DNA of 32,000 nucleotides from Candidatus Heimdallarchaeota archaeon (GTDB lineage Archaea; Asgardarchaeota; Heimdallarchaeia; JABLTI01): NCBI GenBank assembly GCA_030614005.1, contig JAUWKS010000035.1, positions 818 to 32,817 of the forward strand, read 5' to 3'. Shown piece by piece: positions 8,212 to 16,384 of this stretch (position 1 is its first letter; each line of letters starts with the position of its first letter). The notes under the pieces were generated by a model. It saw only the letters and a program-made list of their open reading frames with translations, ran no database searches and was not told where the DNA came from. The position numbers and the translations under genes were made by a program.

Positions 8212-8886
8212 ATGGTGATAAAATTGAAAAAAACATTAGGAGACGCATTTGCACTTCGTAAAAAAATAGATAATGAACTGAATACCTGGATAAATCGATT
8301 AACATTAGCAAGTAAAAACACAGTACACTATAAGACAAAAGCAATTGAAGGAGATAAGAAATTCCAATCAATACCAGGTACTAAGAAAACTTACACAAGA
8401 AATTATACTATTGAAGAATGCCGAGAAAGAATTCAAAAGCTTATTGCTGAAGATCAAAAACTTGCATTGCAAATTTCCTTAACAAACCAAAAGGCAAAAG
8501 CTACGGTAGTAGACCTAGATGGAAAAGAACAAGAATTAACTATTCCTGAATTACTTGTTCTTCGAAATGAAATTGCTCCAAAAGTTGAACGTGCTGCACG
8601 AGCAATACCAATTAGAGCTTCTGGTGTTGAGATTGTTGAGGATGGAAAAGATAAGATAGAATTCCGAGTAATAAAAACAAACTATGTCAACAAGCAAACA
8701 ATGAGCGAGAAAGGCAATGTGTTAACAAATAAGATCATTGAGGATTTCAATATAGAAGAAGTTATAGACTATGGATTAAAACAAAGAGAAGTCTTTGATT
8801 ATATAGATGAAATTCATTCCTGGATGTTTCGAATCAAAGAAGCAATAAACATGGCAAATAAGACAGAATTAGAAGAATTAAAATAA
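8212..8886 (+). CDS. Helical/coiled-coil protein, DIP1984/septicolysin-like family (tentative)
   Basis: 224 aa. N-terminal LGDAFALRKKIDNEL, central KLALQISLTNQ and LTIPELLVLR, and C-terminal IKEAINMANKTELEEL follow the helical layout recalled for DIP1984-type proteins. Confidence 0.55.
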   Translation: MVIKLKKTLGDAFALRKKIDNELNTWINRLTLASKNTVHYKTKAIEGDKKFQSIPGTKKTYTRNYTIEECRERIQKLIAEDQKLALQISLTNQKAKATVVDLDGKEQELTIPELLVLRNEIAPKVERAARAIPIRASGVEIVEDGKDKIEFRVIKTNYVNKQTMSEKGNVLTNKIIEDFNIEEVIDYGLKQREVFDYIDEIHSWMFRIKEAINMANKTELEELK

Positions 8887-9031
8887 TTGATGAAAGTTCT
8901 AACGAACCATTATCTTTTTCTATTTTTAATGGTTGTATAATTATAGGAATTTCATTTCGTTTGTTTTTAGACCATTTTACCTCAAAGTAAATAATTAAAA
9001 GCGACAAAAACTATTGATTAATTGGTAAAAA

Positions 9032-10348
9032 ATGACTGTAAAAGACCTGAAAAAAGATTCTACTTCTTATAAAGAAACTCAAGAAGAATTAAAGAGATTA
9101 ATGATGGCTGCAATTAATTACTACCAAAAAGGAGAATTCCAATCTGCTTTTATATATACAAAAAGATTGCAAAGACTTGCTCATGAAATGAATGATGCAT
9201 TGACTGAAGGTCAAGCATTATCAATGGATGGTAATATGCATTTTTCAATGGGAAATAATGAAAAAGCATTAGAAATTTCTAAACAAATAATCAAGCAATT
9301 TCCAGATATTCCATATATTCAAGTTTCAGGATATAATTGTATTGGAATGATTAATCTGAAGGAAGGAAATATTAACGATGGTCTTAAGAATTTTAAAAAA
9401 GCATATAAAAACACAGAAAATGTGGATAATAAAGAAATTCATCGTATACGGATTCTAAGTAATATAGCAATAATCTATCGAATAAAAGGTGATTTTAAAA
9501 ATTCATTAGCAAACGTAAAGCAAAACCTTGAGCTTAGCAAACTAAATGAAGATCATTTTGGTTCTACTATATCATATGGAAATGCTGGTCGATTATATAT
9601 GGATTTTCTAAATTATAAGGACGCAATAATAAATTTTGAATCTTGTATATTCTATGCAAAAAAGATAGATGCCAAGATGTACATTTTAGAACCTCAAATC
9701 CAAATCTGTGAATCTTTAATTATGTTAGGTGAATATGAACAAGCAGAAGTTGAGATGCGGAAAATGGAAAAAGTGTCTCAAAGTCTTAAAATTACTCAAT
9801 TAATACCTGCTATAAAAACCACCACAGCTTTATGGATGTACAAAGCAAAAGGAGATCACAATGGTGCTCTGAGTCTTGTGAAGGAAGTAAACCAGCTTAT
9901 CCAATCGTCCGAAAAATCATTCTTTTTTGAACATTTAGTTAAAAATTTAGCCGTAAAAATAATGATAGAACTTGATTTGGATATGTTCCAGGAAGCGCTA
10001 GTTGATATTGAGGAAGCATTCGAAATAATTGAAAAGACAAATGCATTAGTTCAGTCTATTATCTTTTTAAATCTAAAAGGGTTATTTAAATCTGCAGAAT
10101 TTCAATTCGATGAAGCACAAAATCTACTTCAAAAAGCAATTAAACTTGCTACTGACTATGGTATAAAGAACCATTTAGAAAAAACACAATCGAATTTAGA
10201 CCTAATTCAAAACCTCGAAAGAGCCAATAATGCATATGATGTTGCTATTTCAGAACAACAGAAACAAGATAAAATGAACAAAGATAAGATGGATTTGTTC
10301 TCATTTATCAAGGAATATGTTGAATATGCCCTTCCGAAGATACATTAA
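9032..10348 (+). CDS. Tetratricopeptide repeat protein (paralog A)
   Basis: Repeated TPR motifs (YNCIGMINL, ILSNIAIIY, SYGNAGRLY). Same length as, and colinear with, 18693-20009. Confidence 0.9.
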   Translation: MTVKDLKKDSTSYKETQEELKRLMMAAINYYQKGEFQSAFIYTKRLQRLAHEMNDALTEGQALSMDGNMHFSMGNNEKALEISKQIIKQFPDIPYIQVSGYNCIGMINLKEGNINDGLKNFKKAYKNTENVDNKEIHRIRILSNIAIIYRIKGDFKNSLANVKQNLELSKLNEDHFGSTISYGNAGRLYMDFLNYKDAIINFESCIFYAKKIDAKMYILEPQIQICESLIMLGEYEQAEVEMRKMEKVSQSLKITQLIPAIKTTTALWMYKAKGDHNGALSLVKEVNQLIQSSEKSFFFEHLVKNLAVKIMIELDLDMFQEALVDIEEAFEIIEKTNALVQSIIFLNLKGLFKSAEFQFDEAQNLLQKAIKLATDYGIKNHLEKTQSNLDLIQNLERANNAYDVAISEQQKQDKMNKDKMDLFSFIKEYVEYALPKIH

Positions 10349-10829
10349 TTCCTTTTTGTATATCGCTCTGCGTACGTTCTCCTATTACAAACTTCTTTGA
10401 TTCTTAATTATATCTAATACAGTTTTTGTATCGATTCTTTTGGTTCAAAAGTAAGTATTTTTTAAGTAATTTTTTCTCAATTAAGGAGCAATAATTGGAA
10501 TTTTTACAAAACTAACGTAGAATAGAACCAATTTTACCTCTCTAATTATTTTTCCTATGTATAATCCTTTACTTCTACCATTAGTTATCACCTTACTGAA
10601 TTCATTCTTATTCAGATACTTACGGACTGAGCAGCCCTCTTTATGCAATAACCTAGTTTAATGATACAGTTATTTGTGAATAGGTTCCTAATACATAATA
10701 CCATGAAGCATTACTTTAATTTGAATTTCAATAAGTTAATTATGTCAATATCTCGCGTGTTTTTTTGGAAAATGATATCAAAAGTAATTTATAGTAATTG
10801 GTCATTTATTTGATTGGAGGATTTGCGTA

Positions 10830-13670
10830 TTGTATTACCATAATAAAACGATTGGAATTTTCTTCCTTTTTCTTCTATTTATTTCATCACAAACTTACAT
10901 GATTGATAGTACTGCAGAAACGAATACTCAAGACAGCAATTTAGCTCCTAATTCTACATTTGCTTTTCTTTGGAATTTCACACTTACTGATTATGTGGGT
11001 TATTTTCCTGTCATTGTTGATATAAATTCAGATGGAATATCTGAAGTGTTGGTAACTACAACCAATGGTTATTTATATTGTTTAGATAATTTAGGAAACA
11101 TTCACTGGTCTGAAAACTTATATATTACTAGTAGGTGTTCTCCTACAGTAGTTGATATTAACAAAGATGGTTATCTTGAAATTCTAGTAACTTCTACTTC
11201 TTACCTTCTATGTATCAGTCATACTGGTCTAAAATTATGGGAAATACCTATTGGTTATAATGAGTATGATTCTCCTACGATTGCTGATTTAGATCAAGAT
11301 GGTTATCTTGAAATTATTATACAAGCCAATGATAAAATTCGATGTATAAATTGGGATGGTACCAATAATTGGGAGTACACAAATTCTGGTGTTACTGCCT
11401 CAGTTACTGTTGTAGCTGATCTAGATTCCGATGGTACTTTTGAGATTCTTTATAGTACTTTTGATAGTAAAATCATCTGTTTGAATCATTATGGTGTTAA
11501 AGAATGGGAGTATACAGTTGACATCGGAGTTATTCCTAATCTTGCAGTAGGCGATCTTGATGAGGATGGTACTAAAGAAGTAATAATTGGTTCTGAAGAT
11601 TCTATTTTACATTGTATTAATCATTTTGGAATTTTAGAATGGAAATATTTAACGAATGGGTCAATTTGTTCTGAACCTATAATTGCTGATCTTGATAATG
11701 ATGATCATTTAGAAATAATTTTTGGCTCTCTAGATTTCGGAATTTCCAGTAGTGTTTATTGCTTAAATCGTTTCGGTACATTTGAATGGAAATTTGTAAA
11801 GGATTATTCCATAAACGGGAAACTTCTTGTTGCTAACATAGATGGTGGTCATGATTTAGAAATTTTAGTACAATATAGTAATAATAATTTATACTTGCTT
11901 AATTCCGCTGGTGCAGAGCAATTTTCTCAGGATCTTGGTGGTGAAATTCGCTTCATGTCATCTGGTTTTGTTAATGGCGATGATGTAGCTGATCTAATTA
12001 TTAGTAGAAAGTATGTAAAAGAATCTACTAATTATTATGAAATTAATTGCCTCACTTTTACTGGGATTAGTCAATCGGGTCCACAACAATGGTATTGTTG
12101 TCGTGGTAGTTCTTTCCATACTGGTCAAATTGACTCTGATGGTGATTTCATTGATGATATGACTGAAGAGTTCTTTAACGGGAATCCAAATCTTCAAGAT
12201 ACAGATTTTGATGATTTACCAGATGGTTGGGAAGTGTTTCATGGAACTAATCTGACAAATACAGATACAGATTTTGATGGTATGCCTGATGGTTGGGAGG
12301 TTTATCATAACCTTAATCCTCGAGCTAATGATTCTTCTGTTGATAAGGATCTTGATGGACTAACTAATATCGAAGAATACAATCTAGGAACAAGACCTGA
12401 TTTAAAAGACTCAGATTTTGATGGTATGCCTGATGGTTGGGAAGTTCATAATAACTTAAATCCGCTAAGCAATGATTCAAACGAGGATTTAGATAATGAT
12501 AATTTATCAAATAAAGCAGAATATGATGTTGAATCTGATCCAAATAATCCCGATACCGATTCTGATAATCTACTTGACGGTTTGGAAGTTCTCGGAATGT
12601 ACTATCCATTAAACCCTGGTGCAAATACAGAAGGTTATGTTTATACCAATCCAATCTTAGCAGACTCGGATGATGACAATTATAATGACGATGTAGAATT
12701 AGCTGCAAATACTGACCCAAATGACCCAAATGATCATCCAATAATGCCAGTGTGGTCTTGGTGGTTAACTGGTAGTTTAACATTAGTAATATTTGCTATT
12801 ATTATCATTTCTATTGCTATTTCGAATAAAAAGAGGAAAACACAAATAGTGGAAAATTCTGAACCGCTAGAGGAGGAGACGAAGGAAGCATTAAGCTATG
12901 AAGAAAAACAGGTAGAGGAAGAAAAACTAACGGAACTAATTAGACAAGAAGAACAAAAAATACGGACAGAAACAACAATAACTTTGCCTTCAAGTACAAG
13001 TAAAATTTCAGTTAAATTTTTAACAGACTTATTAAAAGCTAAATCTTTTATTATTATGGAAAACAGTGGCATTCCATTAATATCACTTAATTTCACCCAA
13101 GATATTGATTCCACCCTTGCTTCAGGATTTCTCACAGCCATCACTAGTTTTGGTCAAGAAGTAATGTATAATGATCAACCTTCTAAAAGCAAATTTAGTC
13201 AAATGGGTCAAGAAGGAGGAATCTATTGGATTTTTGAGGGACGCAATGTGAGAGTTGCTCTATTATTTGAAAGTGAGCCCTCAAAAGAATTAAAGCGACA
13301 TGTTTGGCAATTCTTGAAGCAATTTGAAAATGATTACCAAAAACAATTAGAAGCATTTACCGGGGAACTGTCGGTTTTTGAAAGTGCAAGAAACCTGCTA
13401 GAAGAGCATTTATTCATCAATTATTTGTACCCCATGAAATTAAATAGGCTAAAACTAACTGAAATCAGCTTAGATAACAACATAGCAAAAGTGCTTGATA
13501 ATTATCTTGAAAACTTCGATGATGAAGCTACATTAGATATTCATCAACTAATTGATAGGACATTTAAAGAGTTGAGAATTTTGTCTTTTGATGAGATTCT
13601 TCAACAAATAATTTACTATGTCGAAAATAACGTTCTTCTACCAATACCAATTACAATTACAGCCATGTAA
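10830..13670 (+). CDS. Single-pass surface receptor-like protein: FG-GAP/VCBS propeller, TSP3-like Ca-binding repeats, TM, cytoplasmic longin-like domain
   Basis: Signal peptide; eight DxN/DxDG-E-I repeats; DTDxDGxPDGWE repeats; TM (WWLTGSLTLVIFAIIIISIAI) followed by SNKKRK; longin-like IIMENSGIPLISLNF...LASGFLTAITSFGQEV. GGAGG at 10816-10820 precedes the TTG start. Confidence 0.85.
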   Translation: MYYHNKTIGIFFLFLLFISSQTYMIDSTAETNTQDSNLAPNSTFAFLWNFTLTDYVGYFPVIVDINSDGISEVLVTTTNGYLYCLDNLGNIHWSENLYITSRCSPTVVDINKDGYLEILVTSTSYLLCISHTGLKLWEIPIGYNEYDSPTIADLDQDGYLEIIIQANDKIRCINWDGTNNWEYTNSGVTASVTVVADLDSDGTFEILYSTFDSKIICLNHYGVKEWEYTVDIGVIPNLAVGDLDEDGTKEVIIGSEDSILHCINHFGILEWKYLTNGSICSEPIIADLDNDDHLEIIFGSLDFGISSSVYCLNRFGTFEWKFVKDYSINGKLLVANIDGGHDLEILVQYSNNNLYLLNSAGAEQFSQDLGGEIRFMSSGFVNGDDVADLIISRKYVKESTNYYEINCLTFTGISQSGPQQWYCCRGSSFHTGQIDSDGDFIDDMTEEFFNGNPNLQDTDFDDLPDGWEVFHGTNLTNTDTDFDGMPDGWEVYHNLNPRANDSSVDKDLDGLTNIEEYNLGTRPDLKDSDFDGMPDGWEVHNNLNPLSNDSNEDLDNDNLSNKAEYDVESDPNNPDTDSDNLLDGLEVLGMYYPLNPGANTEGYVYTNPILADSDDDNYNDDVELAANTDPNDPNDHPIMPVWSWWLTGSLTLVIFAIIIISIAISNKKRKTQIVENSEPLEEETKEALSYEEKQVEEEKLTELIRQEEQKIRTETTITLPSSTSKISVKFLTDLLKAKSFIIMENSGIPLISLNFTQDIDSTLASGFLTAITSFGQEVMYNDQPSKSKFSQMGQEGGIYWIFEGRNVRVALLFESEPSKELKRHVWQFLKQFENDYQKQLEAFTGELSVFESARNLLEEHLFINYLYPMKLNRLKLTEISLDNNIAKVLDNYLENFDDEATLDIHQLIDRTFKELRILSFDEILQQIIYYVENNVLLPIPITITAM
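12268..12442 (+). repeat. Intragenic 31-bp perfect direct repeat (Ca-binding repeat units)
   Basis: CAGATTTTGATGGTATGCCTGATGGTTGGGA occurs at 12268-12298 and 12412-12442, 144 nt (48 codons) apart. Confidence 0.9.
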
Positions 13671-13930
13671 ACTACTTGAAGATGGATTGTAAACAAAGTT
13701 TACTATCCAAATCTATTTTTCTAATTTCCATAGAATAATATAATTAATTTAGAATAAATATGGATGTATATAATAATCTAAATTTGATAACAAATTAAAT
13801 GGATTAAAAAGTGATAATTTATTGTTGTTTTTCTATAACTTTTATTGCTTTTAAATAAACATTCTTAACGCCATAATAATAATTCCTTAAGGTAAAAAAA
13901 AGAATCACTTGAAGAATTTTTTACATATAC

Positions 13931-15988
13931 TCATTTCTTTTCTTGAAGTTTATTTTCTAGGATTACCGCAAATAATTTTACAATTGATTCGAAGAAATCT
14001 CGATCGTCTTTTGGGATTTCTTTTGGTTTTTGTGAGCCAAGTTGTAGAGTTCCTAAAAGATTTTTATTGGAATCAAGGATTACAAGAGATATAAGAGACT
14101 GGGTGTTGAATACTGCTAAACGTTCCTTATATTTCTCTAATATTTTGCTCTTTGAAATATCAGGTGCAAAAATAGCTTTCTTAGTACTTGCTACTAAAGA
14201 AGGTATGGACTTTAGATCATCAACTGGCATTGGTAAGATCTTTCTTTTATCATCTTCACTGAAACCAGTTAATGCTACTGGTTCTAAAAGGCCTGAATCT
14301 TTATTGAAGTGTCTAATTGTTCCAAATTCAAATCCAAGCGTTTCGCTTACTCCTGCTATAAACAAATTGCACATTTCAAAAGGATCATCTGCATTCATTG
14401 TTGATTCTGCAATAATACGAAAAGTATCTCTATCGCGTTTCAAAGTCGCTTTCACTTGTGTCCAAAGAAGTCTATCATCAAATGAAGCTAAAATGCCTTT
14501 TACACAACCTTTTAGATCTTTTAAAGGAACTATCTTTAAATTTAGAACTGTTTTTTTTCCCCATTTTGAAATGTAAGTTCTTTCTGAAAAAATATCCTTA
14601 CCAGTATCTATACACTGTTGAATATCATTTGATATACCAACTTCAACGAGAAGTGGGAAAGTCAATAAATTAATCTTTTTAGTCTCTTCTGCAGAAGGAG
14701 AACCAAGAATCGTTAAAGCCGTTTTATTTACACTTTGAATGTTTCCATTTAAATCACAGTTTAAAATACCAATAGGCGTTTCTTGAAACAATTTCATATA
14801 TTCCTCTCTGCTTTTTCTTAAAGCTTCTTCAGCTTGCTTTCTCTCTGTTATATCTATAATCAAACCTTCCATATGTTTTTTCTCTTGATTTAAGCTTGCA
14901 TGTTCTGCTCCCCAAAAAATGGAGCCATCTTTTCGAACTAATTTTACTTCATAATTATGAATGACTCCTACTTTTAGGAGCTTTCTAACAATTTTCTCTC
15001 TTGTTTTATCATTTTGATATAATAATTTTGCAGATATTTTTTTGAATTCTTCTACTGACGAGTAACCAAACATCTCAACTAGTCTAGAGTTTGCTTCTAA
15101 AATTTCTCCTGTATCTTGATTGGTCCTAAACAAACCTACAACAGCATTCTCAAACAAATTCATATAATTTAGTTCACTCTCTTTATTCTCTGTATTATCA
15201 ATCATTACTGCTGATATTGATAATAGCTTTCCTTCAAGATTAAATGTACCAATGTTAAATTGTAACCACCATCGTTCTTCATCATTTGCAGTTATTATCT
15301 TGTATTCAAGTGTCTTAGGAACAATTCCCTTTTGCATATCATTAAAATTCTTTAAGAAGTATTCATGGAAATCTGGATGAATAATTTTTTCAATGAAATT
15401 TGGTGTTTCTTTCCAATCTCTAATTGAATACCCACTTAAGATTTCCAAGAATTTATCAACCAAAGTATATTTCCCAGAAGGGAGTTCCATTTTCAAAAAA
15501 CCTCTGATTTTTTTTGAAAGTTCTTGGTAGTTTTCCTCAAATTCTTCTATCATTTGCTCTAGTTGAGTAACTTTGTGTTCTAAGTCTTTCTGATAAGTTC
15601 GTTTGTTCTTTTCTAATATTGCTCTCTTAATAATTGGGTTTAATCGTATTGATAAATCGGATTTAGGTATATAATCAACTGCACCTTTCTTCAGAGCCTC
15701 AAGAGCTGCAGAATCATCAATCACTCCTGAGACTATAATAAATGGTGTTTCTGGGGATTCTACTATTGCGATTTCTAATGCTGCTAAACCATCAAAATTG
15801 GGTAAATGATAATCAGCTAAAATTAATTCAAAATCACCTTTTTGAAGAGCTTTAACAAAGTCCTCTCTAGTCTCGACATGCTGTACAGAACAATCACTAC
15901 ACTCATCAAGTAATATTTCTTTTAGAAGTTTATAATCATTTAAATTATCTTCTAAATAAAGTATCTTCAGGGGTGGCGCCTCAGGATG
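13931..15988 (-). CDS. REC-PAS-PAS-PAS-GAF response regulator; the full frame lacks a canonical start codon
   Basis: The frame is open 264 nt upstream of the listed GTG 15724 and reads PEAPPLKILYLEDNLNDY...LILADYHLPNFDG...PFIIVSG, an intact receiver domain. Three PAS domains and a C-terminal GAF domain follow, with no kinase domain. Confidence 0.85.
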   Translation of the reverse strand, partial: HPEAPPLKILYLEDNLNDYKLLKEILLDECSDCSVQHVETREDFVKALQKGDFELILADYHLPNFDGLAALEIAIVESPETPFIIVSGVIDDSAALEALKKGAVDYIPKSDLSIRLNPIIKRAILEKNKRTYQKDLEHKVTQLEQMIEEFEENYQELSKKIRGFLKMELPSGKYTLVDKFLEILSGYSIRDWKETPNFIEKIIHPDFHEYFLKNFNDMQKGIVPKTLEYKIITANDEERWWLQFNIGTFNLEGKLLSISAVMIDNTENKESELNYMNLFENAVVGLFRTNQDTGEILEANSRLVEMFGYSSVEEFKKISAKLLYQNDKTREKIVRKLLKVGVIHNYEVKLVRKDGSIFWGAEHASLNQEKKHMEGLIIDITERKQAEEALRKSREEYMKLFQETPIGILNCDLNGNIQSVNKTALTILGSPSAEETKKINLLTFPLLVEVGISNDIQQCIDTGKDIFSERTYISKWGKKTVLNLKIVPLKDLKGCVKGILASFDDRLLWTQVKATLKRDRDTFRIIAESTMNADDPFEMCNLFIAGVSETLGFEFGTIRHFNKDSGLLEPVALTGFSEDDKRKILPMPVDDLKSIPSLVASTKKAIFAPDISKSKILEKYKERLAVFNTQSLISLVILDSNKNLLGTLQLGSQKPKEIPKDDRDFFESIVKLFAVILENKLQEKK

Positions 15989-16384
15989 TTAATATTACCC
16001 TCGAAATTTTAGAATTTAAACCCATTTTCACTAGTAATTGTATAAATTACTTATAGAAGTTCTTATTGAAAAATAAATCTTCTGCTTTGTTGCTTAAAAA
16101 AACCAGAATTATTAACTTGTTCTTCTAATTAGTATCAAATTTTCACATTAGTATATTTCCAAGTCTGGAAGAAATGCTAAATTTAGATGTGTGTGCTACC
16201 TTATAGAAAAAAAAATTACTTGTCAAGTGTGTTGTTGTTGACCAAGAAAATATAGTTATTAAAACTTAAGAAATGACAAAAAGAACACTAAAATTTCAAA
16301 TAGAAATCTCAAAATTTGCTTATTTGCAGAAGGCTAAAGTTATAATAATGAAATGGAGTAAGATAACTAAAGGAGAAACAACGA

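Noticed and set aside
10349-10829. 480-nt spacer between TPR-A and the receptor gene
   Set aside because: Only a ~57-codon minus-strand frame with no recognisable motif, and no convincing stems or repeats.
14067-14673. Plus-strand ORFs of 169 and 71 aa, and other short ORFs overlapping long genes (e.g. 3372, 8031, 8168, 12364, 17542, 23407, 27946, 30025)
   Set aside because: These are antisense or alternate-frame shadows of well-supported genes or of the structured element.
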